The notes: a model not told the origin generated them from the letters alone. A stretch of DNA of 64,000 bases from an uncultured Nitrososphaerota archaeon (GCA_963718895.1 CAVRAG010000007.1:64001-128000); one strand, 5' to 3'; positions 29,774 to 39,554 are shown, numbered from the stretch's first letter. Made by a program: numbers and translations.

Positions 29774-30571
29774 ATGCTAGCTGTGAATAGTGGAAGGCTC
29801 TCGGGGAAGGTGGCCGTAGTCACGGGGTCCGGGTCAGGGATAGGCAGAGGCATAGCGAGGCTCTTCGCCAGAGAGGGTGCGAGGACCGTCATCGTCGACA
29901 TCAGGCCGGAGGGCGGCGAAGAGACGCTTCGGCTCGTCAGGGAGGACGGCGGGGAGGGGATGTTCGTGCGCGCGAGCGTGCTCAGCTCGGATGAGATCAA
30001 GTCCATGGTTGACCAGGTAGTGAAGGCCTACGGAAGGATCGACGTCCTGCACAACAACGCAGGCGGGTGGCAGCTCGAGCAGCACGACACCGTGCTCGAC
30101 AACACCGAGGCTGAGTGGGACAAGCTCGTCGACCTTAACCTCAAGAGCATCTTCATCGTCTCGAAGCAGGTCATACCCCAGATGGTCAAGCAGGGAGGGG
30201 GCGCGATCGTGAACACCATAACGATAAACGCGTTCCTGACACAGCCCGGGACGGCGGGCTACAGCGCGGCCAAGGCGGGGGCCTACACCCTTACCAAGGC
30301 GATGGCGCTCGACTACGCAAAGAACAAGATCCGGGTCAACGGGATAGCGCCAGGCGAGATACTCACCCCTCTGTGGGAGAACAGCTACAACGGCCTTCCG
30401 AACTCAGAGGAGGTGAAGGCGTCGGTCCTCAGGAGGATACCTCTGGGGAGGTTCGGCACCCCCTCCGATGTGGCCTTCGCCGCGCTCTGGCTCGCATCGG
30501 ATGAGGCGCGGTACATCACGGGGCAGGTCATAACGGTCGATGGCGGGATCTCTGCGGGCGTCTACCCCTAG
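29774..30571 (+). CDS. SDR-family oxidoreductase
   Basis: TGSGSGIG, NNAG, YSAAK. Confidence 0.93.
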   Translation: MLAVNSGRLSGKVAVVTGSGSGIGRGIARLFAREGARTVIVDIRPEGGEETLRLVREDGGEGMFVRASVLSSDEIKSMVDQVVKAYGRIDVLHNNAGGWQLEQHDTVLDNTEAEWDKLVDLNLKSIFIVSKQVIPQMVKQGGGAIVNTITINAFLTQPGTAGYSAAKAGAYTLTKAMALDYAKNKIRVNGIAPGEILTPLWENSYNGLPNSEEVKASVLRRIPLGRFGTPSDVAFAALWLASDEARYITGQVITVDGGISAGVYP

Positions 30572-30684
30572 CCCCAGGTCGGCTCCGTCCGATCCTCGAG
30601 CGTGCGCGGGGTCCTCCTGGGCGACGCCAGCCGAGACACATCAGGTCAGGGTCTAAATAGGATGGGGACCTTTCAGGAGGGCCG

Positions 30685-31929
30685 ATGAACGGAATGATAG
30701 CCAACATCGCGCGGGCCCGAGACTACATGGAGGAGTTCGGCATACGGGCGCTCCTCGCCTCTTCGCCCACCAACGTAGCCTACCTCACGGGGTTCGACTG
30801 CTGGCTCTACGAGAAGTACACCGAGGACATGCTCGTGCTCGGCGCACCGAGGGCCAGAAAGGAATCCTTCGCCATCCTGGCCGAGAAGGGCGGTCCTGTC
30901 CTGGTGACAGACTCCTACTCCTCGCTCTTCGCGTGGGAGCTAAAGGGCGTAGAGCTGAGCTGCTACGGGTCGCCCCTGGCCGTGTCCGAGAGGGGGGCCG
31001 GCTCGCGTCACGCCATGTTCTTCGAGAAGGCCGTTGCCTCACAGAAGGCAACGCCGGCCGATGCGGTGATAGCTGCGCTCAAGGAAAGCGGGGTCAGCGG
31101 CGGCAAGGTCGCGGTCGAGGCCGCGGCGATGCGACCCGAGACGCTGAGGGCCCTCAAGAGGGCATACCCGCGGATAGAGTTTCTCGACGGCTGGCTCCTC
31201 CTCTGCCTGATCAGGATGGCAAAGTCCGAGACCGAGACCGGTCTGCTCACGACAGCGGCGAGGGTCAACGAGAAGGCGCTCTACAAGAGCCTCGAGTCCG
31301 CCGGGACTGGAGCGCGGATCTCCGACCTCGCGAGAAGGTACATGGTGGAGATGGCCAGAGGGGGCGCGGTCCTCGACCACTACTTCAACTCCCCCGACGG
31401 GCTCTGGCTCTCCGGCGCCGGGGGATACCGACTGAGACGGGGCGAGTACACGATCATGGACTCTGGATGCACGTTCGAACGCTATTTCGCGGACATGGGG
31501 ACGACTATACTCGTTGGGAAGAGGCGCCAGGGCGTGGAGAGACGGTACAGGGACATCTGGGAGACGGTGGACGAGGTCGCCGATTTCGTCGAGCCGGGCA
31601 CGACGCCCTCGGCCGCGATGGAGCGATTCAGGCGGGCCTACGAGCGGAGGAACATCCCCGGAGTCGACTACTCCGGACACGGTATAGGACTCGAGCCCAG
31701 GGAGTACCCGATAATGGGCCTCGGCGGTGCCAAGAAGATCCGCGACGGCATAGTCACGACCACCACGGAGCTGCCCTTCGAGCGAGGCATGGTGATCAGC
31801 CTCGAGACGAGCCTCTACGAGCCGGGCGAGGGGTCCTACGAGGTGGAGAGGACGTTCCTGGTCGGCAAGGGGAAGCTCCGTGAGTTGACGACGAAGAAGG
31901 ACTCTGCCATCTTCGTGACCGAGAACTAG
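30685..31929 (+). CDS. M24 (Xaa-Pro peptidase/creatinase fold) hydrolase
   Basis: NVAYLTGF, D-x10-D, GHGIGLE, SLE, VE metal ligands. Confidence 0.85.
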   Translation: MNGMIANIARARDYMEEFGIRALLASSPTNVAYLTGFDCWLYEKYTEDMLVLGAPRARKESFAILAEKGGPVLVTDSYSSLFAWELKGVELSCYGSPLAVSERGAGSRHAMFFEKAVASQKATPADAVIAALKESGVSGGKVAVEAAAMRPETLRALKRAYPRIEFLDGWLLLCLIRMAKSETETGLLTTAARVNEKALYKSLESAGTGARISDLARRYMVEMARGGAVLDHYFNSPDGLWLSGAGGYRLRRGEYTIMDSGCTFERYFADMGTTILVGKRRQGVERRYRDIWETVDEVADFVEPGTTPSAAMERFRRAYERRNIPGVDYSGHGIGLEPREYPIMGLGGAKKIRDGIVTTTTELPFERGMVISLETSLYEPGEGSYEVERTFLVGKGKLRELTTKKDSAIFVTEN

Positions 31930-32963
31930 TCGGTGAGGATTACCTTCACGTTGCCCGTCCGCTGGCTCGCGAGGTCTATGGCCTCCCTTGCGCTCCCGAG
32001 CGGGAAGCGGTGGGAGATGATGGAGGTAAGGTCGGTCTGGTTTCGCTGGAAGAACTCTATCGTCCTGGGAAACATCCCGGGGCTCCCCTGGGCGCCCTTT
32101 ACGGTCAGCCCCTTGGCGACCAGCTTCTCCATCTCGATCGGGATCTTCTTCATCATGGTCTGACCTATCAGCACTATGCGACTGGAGGTGTCGACTGCGT
32201 CGAAGACGGTCGACCTTGCCTGGTCCGAACCCGAGGCCTCGAGTGCCAGGTCCGCGCCGTGTCCCCCGGTCAGCTTCAGTATCTCCGCTACCGCGTCCTG
32301 GTTGACCGGGTCGATCACTTCGTCCGCACCAAGCTTCAGCGCAAGCGCCCTGCGCATCTCGATGGGATCGACCGAGATGGCCCTCGCGCGGGACCCCTTC
32401 ACCACGGCGAGCGCGAGCAGCCCGACCGGCCCAGCCCCGAAGACGACCACCGTCTGGCTCGGCTCCACGCCTCCCGCGAGCCCCCAGACAGCGTTGTAGG
32501 CTACGGTGAGAGGCTCGACGAGGCATCCCTGCTCGTGCGAGAGAGAGGGTGGGAGCCTCGAGAGGTTGCTCTCGTCGCGGACCACGTACTCGGCGTAACC
32601 GCCGGGAGACTGGGGCTGGAAGCCGTAGATCGTGGGGCTCCTGCAGAAGTTTGGGTTGGCACCGACCTTGCACTTGTCGCAGACCCCACACCCAACCACG
32701 GTCTCCCCGACGACCCTGTCGCCCTTCTTGAGCGTCGTGACGGCCTCGCCGACCTCTTCCACGTCCCCGGACCACTCGTGCCCCGGGACGAACGGGAAGA
32801 CCCCCTCGTAGGTCCTTCCGGTGTAGATGTTGACATCCGAGCCGCAGATGCCTGAGGCCCGAATCTTCACCAGGACCTGGTTCCTCGAGAGGGTCGGGAG
32901 GGCGACATCTTCCATGCGAAGGTCCAGCGGACCGTGGAGTACAGCGGCCTTCATCGAGCTCAC
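31926..32963 (-). CDS. Zn-dependent polyol dehydrogenase (MDR)
   Basis: GICGSD, GHEWSG, CGVCDKC...C, GAGPVG. Confidence 0.92.
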   Translation of the reverse strand: MSSMKAAVLHGPLDLRMEDVALPTLSRNQVLVKIRASGICGSDVNIYTGRTYEGVFPFVPGHEWSGDVEEVGEAVTTLKKGDRVVGETVVGCGVCDKCKVGANPNFCRSPTIYGFQPQSPGGYAEYVVRDESNLSRLPPSLSHEQGCLVEPLTVAYNAVWGLAGGVEPSQTVVVFGAGPVGLLALAVVKGSRARAISVDPIEMRRALALKLGADEVIDPVNQDAVAEILKLTGGHGADLALEASGSDQARSTVFDAVDTSSRIVLIGQTMMKKIPIEMEKLVAKGLTVKGAQGSPGMFPRTIEFFQRNQTDLTSIISHRFPLGSAREAIDLASQRTGNVKVILTD

Positions 32964-32975
32964 CGTCGCTCCAAC

Positions 32976-33791
32976 CTAGTCGCGCATCCCCAGCTCTTTC
33001 ATCATCCGCGCCGTCGAGGTGTAGCCGTCCCTCACCCACTCGACGATCTTGGCCGGCTCGGGAGACCACTCGAGCTCCATCTGGATGGCTCCTGTGTAGC
33101 CAATCCCCTTGAGCGCCGCGAGGTACTCCTTGAGCGGCACGACTCCCGACCCCGGAGGCCAGTGTGCGTGGACCCTCCCCTTGCAGTCGGCGAAGTGGAC
33201 GTTGAGCAGCCTGCCCTTCAGCTTCGCCAGAGTCTCGGGCGCGTCCCCGACGACGTACATGTGCACGAAGTCGACGTTGCCCTTGACGTATGGTCGGCCT
33301 GTGTCGTCGAGCATCTTGGAGAGCGTATCGACGGAGTTGATGATGTTGTGTTTCGGCGTCTCGAACTCGAGCCCGGTCTCGATGCCGAGCCCGTGGGCGT
33401 AGTCGGCTATCTCCCTGATCCCCTCGACGGCCCAGCCCCACTGTACCTTGGGGTCGACCTCCTGGCGCTCCCAGACGTACTCTCCGGGGACGAGTATCTG
33501 CTTGGTGCTCCCAAAGTCGTACCCGATGTCCACCTGTCTCTTGGCCCAGTCGATGGTCAGCCGTCGGATCTCTGCGTTGAGGTCGATGAGGCTCGTGAGC
33601 ACGATGGTAAAGTTCGAGCAGGGAAGTCCTGTCTCCTGAAGAGCCTCCCTCATCTTCCTCCTGAGCCGGGGCGTGAGGTCGACGGTGAAGATGCAGTACG
33701 AGTCAAAACCGCACCCCTTGGCGACCCTTATGCCCTCGACCCTGTCGACGGCGGTCCCCCACCAGGCGTTCTCGCTTATCGAGAGTTCCAA
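32976..33791 (-). CDS. Ketose 3-epimerase-like TIM-barrel isomerase (D-psicose/tagatose epimerase, IolO-like)
   Basis: LEFE, D-x2-H, HFAD, PGSG, YTGAIQME. Confidence 0.8.
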   Translation of the reverse strand: MELSISENAWWGTAVDRVEGIRVAKGCGFDSYCIFTVDLTPRLRRKMREALQETGLPCSNFTIVLTSLIDLNAEIRRLTIDWAKRQVDIGYDFGSTKQILVPGEYVWERQEVDPKVQWGWAVEGIREIADYAHGLGIETGLEFETPKHNIINSVDTLSKMLDDTGRPYVKGNVDFVHMYVVGDAPETLAKLKGRLLNVHFADCKGRVHAHWPPGSGVVPLKEYLAALKGIGYTGAIQMELEWSPEPAKIVEWVRDGYTSTARMMKELGMRD

Positions 33792-33839
33792 TTTTCGTCT
33801 TCAGACCCTCGAACTGCAATTATCTCTTTCGGTGACGCC

Positions 33840-33868
33840 GGGGTAATCCCGCGTCTCGCGGGGACCCC
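33840..33868 (-). terminator. Hairpin just downstream of nnrD at the island boundary
   Basis: GGGGT..CCCGCG-TCT-CGCGGG.ACCCC. Confidence 0.35.
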
Positions 33869-33872
33869 TTGA

Positions 33873-34733
33873 TCAGGCGATGCGGTCGAACGCGCGCATC
33901 GCCGACGGTATCTGCTCGACCAGGTCCGAGGCGGTCATGTGCAGGCCCACGCTCTTCGCAGCCTCGAGCCCCGCCGCCCCGTTGATGTAGGCAGCGCAGC
34001 ACGCAGCCTCGAACGGAGGGATGCCCTTCGCGCAGAGCCCCGTCACGAGACCCGTCAGGACGTCTCCCGTCCCCCCGGTGGTCATCGCAGGCGTGTGGGT
34101 CTCGTTGAGAGCGACGTCCACGCCGTTGCTTATGATGTCGACCGGGCCCTTGAGCAGCACGGTCGCTGCGGAGTCCCTGGCCTTCTCGGAGACGAGCCTG
34201 ACCCTGGCCTGGAGGTCTCCCTCGACCTTCGCCGAGAAGAGCCTCTCGAACTCCCCGTAGTGGGGGGTCACGACCATGGGGACCTTCTTGGTCACGTCCA
34301 GGATCGGAGGGCGGAGCGCGTCCGCGTCGACGACGAGGGTCCGGGACTTCGTCGAGAGCCGGGTGAGCGCGTGGACGAGCTCCTCGGGGTTCTGCGGTCC
34401 GAGGCCGGGACCAATGCCGATGCAGTCGACCTCGGGGAGCCAGGAGGCGAGCCTGTTGGCGTTGCCCCTCGTCAGCTTGCTGTCAGGGAGAGGGATGACT
34501 ATGAGGTCGGGAGACATCGCCCTGACCGGAGTCGCAATCACGGCCGGGACGGCCAGGTAGACGAGGTCGAGCCCGGACCTCAGGGCCGCCATCGCGGCGT
34601 GGAACGGGGCGCCGTGGTATATCCTGCTGCCCCCGACTATCGCGGCCTTGCCGTTCATGCCCTTGTGGGAGTCCGCCCTCCTGGCCGGAATCCTCGCGGC
34701 GACGTACTCTCGGTCTATCTTGATGGACGCCAT
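33873..34733 (-). CDS. nnrD: ADP/ATP-dependent NAD(P)H-hydrate dehydratase
   Basis: DSHKG..G, IGPGLG, VDADAL, TPH.GEF, GGTGDVLTG. Confidence 0.93.
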   Translation of the reverse strand: MASIKIDREYVAARIPARRADSHKGMNGKAAIVGGSRIYHGAPFHAAMAALRSGLDLVYLAVPAVIATPVRAMSPDLIVIPLPDSKLTRGNANRLASWLPEVDCIGIGPGLGPQNPEELVHALTRLSTKSRTLVVDADALRPPILDVTKKVPMVVTPHYGEFERLFSAKVEGDLQARVRLVSEKARDSAATVLLKGPVDIISNGVDVALNETHTPAMTTGGTGDVLTGLVTGLCAKGIPPFEAACCAAYINGAAGLEAAKSVGLHMTASDLVEQIPSAMRAFDRIA

Positions 34734-34744
34734 TCCAGGACGCC

Positions 34745-35485
34745 TCAGAAGTTGTAGTGCCTCTGCGTCTGCGGCAGAGTGACGAGAGACTCCACCGGGC
34801 AGTTCAGGTTCAGCCGCTCCTTCAGCTTGGGCAGGGACTGCTCCATGGATGCTATGGTGAATATCCCCACGATCCTCGCCTTGGCCTTCTCGGCCAGCCT
34901 CACCAGCGCATCGATCGTGATCCCGGAGTGGATGAAGTCGTCGACTATCAGGATGTGCTCGCCCTTCTTTATCGAGCTCTTGGGGAGATAGAGGTACTTC
35001 ACCGAGTCGGGGGAGTACACCACCCGCTGCTCGTAGAAGTCCTCGACACCCTGGTCCCTCTCGGACTTGGCAATCGCCACGTTGACGTTGAACTCGTCGG
35101 CTACCTCGACGGCCAGCGGGACGCCGTCGACCTCCATGGTGAGTATCCTGTCGACCTGGGAGGGCCCGAACTCGCTGTAGACGACCTTGGCTATCTGCCT
35201 GAGGAGCCCGACGTCGACCACTGCCCTGGAGAGGTCGTAGGCGCCATCCGGAGTAACCTTGATCTGGTCGGCGACGATCTTCCTGAGGAGCTTCTCCCGG
35301 AAGACGGCGACGAACTTCTCGGACCGGGCCGCGCTCGGGAGGACGTGCCCCCTGACGTAGCGGCTGAGTATCGGCGCCGATAGCCCGAGTATCGCCGAGA
35401 GCTCCTTGTAGCTGTAGTTCTTCTTCAGCGTGGAGAGGAGCTCCACCGAGGATATCCGGGATTTGACGTCGGCGACTCGGCTCAA
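34745..35485 (-). CDS. HTH plus purine phosphoribosyltransferase (PurR-like) protein
   Basis: N-terminal HTH (LSRYVRGHVLP); ILIVDDFIHSGIT PRPP motif. Confidence 0.85.
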   Translation of the reverse strand: MSRVADVKSRISSVELLSTLKKNYSYKELSAILGLSAPILSRYVRGHVLPSAARSEKFVAVFREKLLRKIVADQIKVTPDGAYDLSRAVVDVGLLRQIAKVVYSEFGPSQVDRILTMEVDGVPLAVEVADEFNVNVAIAKSERDQGVEDFYEQRVVYSPDSVKYLYLPKSSIKKGEHILIVDDFIHSGITIDALVRLAEKAKARIVGIFTIASMEQSLPKLKERLNLNCPVESLVTLPQTQRHYNF

Positions 35486-35566
35486 AGGTCTACCGCCGGC
35501 TTTTCACAAAAAGGTGTAGAAAAGCATTCCCCCGCCTGCAGCTCTTTGACGTTTCCGTGCACTCGG

Positions 35567-37417
35567 TCAGTGGCCGAGGAACGTCTTCAGCCACGCCGGC
35601 AGGAAGGACTTGTCGGGATAGTAGAGGAAGAACCAGAGGAAGACGCCTCCCAGAAGGACGTAGGCGACCTCCCGTGGGAACCACTTCCTTGTGAGGATGT
35701 ATGCGGACCCCAGGGAGATGGCGGGGGTCGCGGGCAGTATGTAGTAGGGGTACGTGACCCTGCCGTAGAAGTAGAGCCCGACGTAGGCGAAGTAGGTGAC
35801 GACGAACCAGAGGAGCGCGAACCTGGCGAGGCGGAAGTCCGGTGTGTCTATCTTCAGCGCCTGCGAGGCGTCGGCGACCAGCTCGGCCTTGCTGGTCCAG
35901 AGCTTGTATGAGAGGTACGTGACGTAGGGCGCCCAGATCCAGGTCAGCCAGATCTCGAAGAAGTTCGATATCCCCCAGTAGCCGAGGGAGACGTAGACGT
36001 AGTCCCCGGGGTTGACGGTGACCCGGGTGACGAAGTAGCCCACCGCGGAGTAGAAGGTCATCCAGCTGAAGGGGGTGATCGGGGTGTGGAAGGCGGGGTC
36101 GGTCCAGCCGCAGCTCGTCGGGGTGCACCTCAGCGAGGCCCCGTAACTGAGGATGTAGCGGATGTCGTCGACGAAGGTAGTCGTCCCGCTGTTCCCGAAT
36201 AGAGTCACGTAGAGCTGCAGACCGGCGATGAAGACGAGCGCGACGATCACGAACATGCGGAGGGACGAGAGGAACCTTGGCCGCTTCCCGCCCGTGCCGA
36301 AGAAGAGGTTGTAGATGACCAGGACCGCGACGAGGAAGACGGCGGTCTCCTTGGAGAGGGCGGCGAGGCCCAGAAAGGCCGCGGAGAGCGTGACCCTGTC
36401 CAGCCTCCATATCCGTATGTCCGCGAGGTAGACCATGAACGCGACCAGGGCGAAGAAGATCGCCTGGATGTCTATCACGGCGATGGACGACTGGACGAAG
36501 AACAGAGTGTCGAAGGCGAGCAGGAAGGCCGCGAACAGCGAGAGCGTCGAGTCCTTGCTGAGGGACCAGCAGATCGCGAAGAGGACGGGGACACTGAGCG
36601 TGCCGAGGAGCACCTCGAAGAACCTCCATCCGAGGTCGTTGTTCCCGAAGATGACGATGCCTGCGGCGATTATCGCCTTGGAGAGGAAGGGATGCTCGAG
36701 GTTGCAGTTGTCGAAGTATGGGCCGCACTTCTCTCCCGAGAGGAGCGCCTGCGCCGCGGGGACGTAGTAAATCTCGTCCATCACGCACCCATCGACCTGC
36801 TTGCTGACGTCATAGCAGGTGAGAGCCTGGTAGGTCAGCGTGACCGGTCCGGTCGGCACAGACTGGAACGTCCAGTTCCCGAAGTCCGACCCTCCGGGCT
36901 GCAGGGCAAGGGTCGTGGTTGGCACGAGGTTCAGGCCCGAGCTGGGGAGGAGGGTGCCTCCCAACTCCAGCGAGATCGAGCCGATGGCGTCACCGCCCGA
37001 GTCCTGCACCGTCACGGCCAAGTTTGTGCCCGATACGGTCGAGGTGAGCGTAACCTGCTGGTCCGAGACGGTGGTCCCCAGCGGGTCTGTCAGGGTGCCC
37101 GGCGTGGTGAACGGCGGCTGGTCTATGGTGTAGAAGTGGGCGACCAGGACCCCCGACGTGAGCAGCACCAGGACCAGGATCGTCCTCCTGTGATTGGGAT
37201 ACCTGAACAGGTACCAGAAGATCCCAAGGACGACCGATCCCCCCGACCCGGCGCTCGCGATGTAGAAGAGCGGGTTCAGGACCGCGGTCTGGACCGAGGT
37301 CGGCCACGCTGCGTGGAGGGTGATGACCACCAGCATGAGCGTTAGGGCGACGAACGAGAGTCCCGCTAGGAAGAGGGCCCAGAAGCGGAGGCCCGCGTAG
37401 GTCTTCTCTCCGGTCAA
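35567..37417 (-). CDS. GT-C/GT39 protein O-mannosyltransferase-like glycosyltransferase
   Basis: MDEIYYVPAA, NLEHPFLSK, GWR, many TM helices, YPYY. Confidence 0.85.
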   Translation of the reverse strand: MTGEKTYAGLRFWALFLAGLSFVALTLMLVVITLHAAWPTSVQTAVLNPLFYIASAGSGGSVVLGIFWYLFRYPNHRRTILVLVLLTSGVLVAHFYTIDQPPFTTPGTLTDPLGTTVSDQQVTLTSTVSGTNLAVTVQDSGGDAIGSISLELGGTLLPSSGLNLVPTTTLALQPGGSDFGNWTFQSVPTGPVTLTYQALTCYDVSKQVDGCVMDEIYYVPAAQALLSGEKCGPYFDNCNLEHPFLSKAIIAAGIVIFGNNDLGWRFFEVLLGTLSVPVLFAICWSLSKDSTLSLFAAFLLAFDTLFFVQSSIAVIDIQAIFFALVAFMVYLADIRIWRLDRVTLSAAFLGLAALSKETAVFLVAVLVIYNLFFGTGGKRPRFLSSLRMFVIVALVFIAGLQLYVTLFGNSGTTTFVDDIRYILSYGASLRCTPTSCGWTDPAFHTPITPFSWMTFYSAVGYFVTRVTVNPGDYVYVSLGYWGISNFFEIWLTWIWAPYVTYLSYKLWTSKAELVADASQALKIDTPDFRLARFALLWFVVTYFAYVGLYFYGRVTYPYYILPATPAISLGSAYILTRKWFPREVAYVLLGGVFLWFFLYYPDKSFLPAWLKTFLGH

Positions 37418-37513
37418 CGCAGGGCGCGGGCGCGACCTCTGATATTACGGTTTGCCCGAATCCCTACGCGGGTAGAAAAGCTCTAAAAGGGCAGAAAAGC
37501 GAGAAGACATAGA

Positions 37514-37930
37514 TTGTCGTCGATAGTTTTTAGGAGATTCGGGGACGAGTTGAACGCATTCATCGGGAAGCCGGTCTCGGTAACCACGGGCGACGGGAAG
37601 GAGTACGGGGGCTTGCTCCTCGGGGTCGATGAGAGCCTCAGTCTGGTCCTGGACAAGGTCTCGGGCGCCGGCGGGAACGTCTTCAAGGTAGCGATAAACG
37701 GGTCGAACGTCAGGGAGATCAAGCTCACGGGGAAACCCTACGACTACAAGGCGCTCGGCGAGAGGATGAGCCGGGTGTTCCCGGGCCTCGTCTCTGTGAG
37801 GGAGGACATCGGCGTCATAATGGTGATGGACAAGATCAAGGTCACCGAGAAGGGAGTGGAGGGGACCGGGCTCGCCGTCGACAAGGCGAGGGCGATCTAC
37901 GACGAGTACATGCGGGACATGAAGAAGTAG
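37514..37930 (+). CDS. Lsm/Sm-like protein with C-terminal domain (SmAP3 type)
   Basis: Sm1 motif (G.EY.G.L.G.D..LSLVL), ING..V.EI, plus MDKIKVTEKGV C-terminal domain. Confidence 0.85.
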   Translation: MSSIVFRRFGDELNAFIGKPVSVTTGDGKEYGGLLLGVDESLSLVLDKVSGAGGNVFKVAINGSNVREIKLTGKPYDYKALGERMSRVFPGLVSVREDIGVIMVMDKIKVTEKGVEGTGLAVDKARAIYDEYMRDMKK

Positions 37931-37993
37931 GTCGGAGCGCCGGTCGCGCTTATTAAGCCTCGGCTACGTCATCGTGAGCAAGGAGTCGAAGGC

Positions 37994-38404
37994 GTGAGCC
38001 GGGTCCCGATTTCAAGCGCGTGGCTGCACTCGAACCCATACAGGCGCTTCTTCGCGGCCTTCAGCCTTGACGGGCAGTCCGGAGGGGCGGGAGCGGAGTC
38101 CCCCTCGATAGACCCTGCGTTCAAGCGGGTCCTCATGTACCTCCTCGTCGGCACCAAGGGAGGGCCCAACAGACTGCAGATGATCAAGCTCCTGAAGGAG
38201 GAGCCGATGAACGCGAACAAGATGGGGGAGCGTCTGGGCCTCGACTACAAGACCGTGCAGCACCACCTGAAGATACTCAAGGAGAACAACGTCGTGGTTA
38301 CCAACGCCTCCGGGACCTACGGTGCCATGTACTTCCTGACTCCCTACATCGAGAAGAACCTCCGCGCCGTGGAGGAGATATGGGCACGATTCGGGCCAAA
38401 GTAG
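37994..38404 (+). CDS. ArsR-like winged-HTH regulator (start uncertain)
   Basis: GTKGGPNR, LDYKTVQHHL, YGAMYFL. Confidence 0.85.
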   Translation: MSRVPISSAWLHSNPYRRFFAAFSLDGQSGGAGAESPSIDPAFKRVLMYLLVGTKGGPNRLQMIKLLKEEPMNANKMGERLGLDYKTVQHHLKILKENNVVVTNASGTYGAMYFLTPYIEKNLRAVEEIWARFGPK

Positions 38405-38415
38405 AAATATGATAT

Positions 38416-38739
38416 TTGGAGCGCGATGACAAGAACATGTTCGACGTCTTCTGGATGAACGTCGCGGCGGTCTTCGCGCTGCTCAACGTCGTCCTCGTGG
38501 GCCTCCTCACCTACGCCTACTTCCAGAGCTGGAGGAGGGTGAGGTCCGGGTTCACTGCGAGCCTCATAGTCTTCTCCGTCTTCTTCCTCGTCCAGAACTT
38601 CGTCATAATCGTCTTCTGGTACGTCCTCTACACCACGGTCTCGATGCCGGTCGTCGAGGCGGCGGCCCCGTACCTCACCGCGGTCAACGCGGCCGAGGCT
38701 GTGGGCCTGGGAATGCTCACCCGGACCACCTGGAAGTAG
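38416..38739 (+). CDS. Small 3-TM membrane protein following the HTH gene
   Basis: Three hydrophobic helices; 11 nt after the regulator. Confidence 0.75.
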   Translation: MERDDKNMFDVFWMNVAAVFALLNVVLVGLLTYAYFQSWRRVRSGFTASLIVFSVFFLVQNFVIIVFWYVLYTTVSMPVVEAAAPYLTAVNAAEAVGLGMLTRTTWK

Positions 38740-38812
38740 GACGGGAGATTCCGGCCAGATTCTGGCGCAACCTCGGTCGATCGATAAATTCCATGAATCC
38801 CTCGTGGTCCCC

Positions 38813-38992
38813 ATGACTACGTACATCGCCGACTTTACGACTGTGTGTGGCTGCCAGGTAGGAGTGACGGGTTCCTCGACCGAAGAGATCGAGCAGAAGA
38901 CCGTCAAGCAAGCGGGCGAGGTCCACCACATGAAGGAAGTACCTCCCGAGATGGCGCAGAAGCTCGAGGCCGCGATCAGACCGAGCATGTAG
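38813..38992 (+). CDS. DUF1059-like small metal-binding protein
   Basis: CGC...EEI...EVHHM...L..AI pattern. Confidence 0.65.
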   Translation: MTTYIADFTTVCGCQVGVTGSSTEEIEQKTVKQAGEVHHMKEVPPEMAQKLEAAIRPSM

Positions 38993-39132
38993 GATGGCCG
39001 GGGGCGAACCATCGCCGCCGTCCTTTCTCTATCAGGAGAGGTAAATCGCAGGACTACCCGTTCGGACAGCTCCTTCAGAGGTCGAGTAGAGTGAAACGCG
39101 TCCGTGGCAGCGTCGCCGTCCTTGACAGAACC

Positions 39133-39554
39133 TCATGAAAGCTCGAATTCGTTGCCATCTGGATCTCTCATGATTGCGTACTTACCCCAACCGGTGGCCG
39201 TTAGCTCCTCTGAGAACTCCACTCCGTTCCCCTTAAGTTCGAGGTAGGTCTTCTCGACCATGGCGGGATCGCTCGAAGGGATCAGCTGACCTGTCCCTTC
39301 GTGCCTCTGCATTCTAACCGGTCCGCATTGCAGCCAGATTCCGGTTCTCCCTCCTGGCTTGTCGTTCCCCCAATCGTTGCACTTGCCGCAGAGGTGAATC
39401 ATGAGAGTCTGGGACCTCCAGGTCTCACGAAGACGGAATGACCCTCGGCTCCGACAATCTCGAAACCCAGCTTGTCGTGATGCCATCCGGCCGATTTCTT
39501 TGCGTCGAGCACGAGAACCGCTACGGAACCGACTCCCGTAATCATGACAGTCAT
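39133..39554 (-). pseudogene. VOC/glyoxalase-family protein, frameshift near 39412 (pseudogene or assembly error)
   Basis: MTVMITGVGSVAVLV..KLGFE in one frame; WGKYAIMRDPDGNEFEL in another. Confidence 0.8.

Noticed and set aside
31039-33441. 800-aa ORF and many other long alternative-frame or antisense ORFs (e.g. 11411-12817, 24344-25729, 5505-7034)
   Set aside because: Arg/Gly/Pro-rich shadows of well-supported genes, expected at high GC3; no motifs
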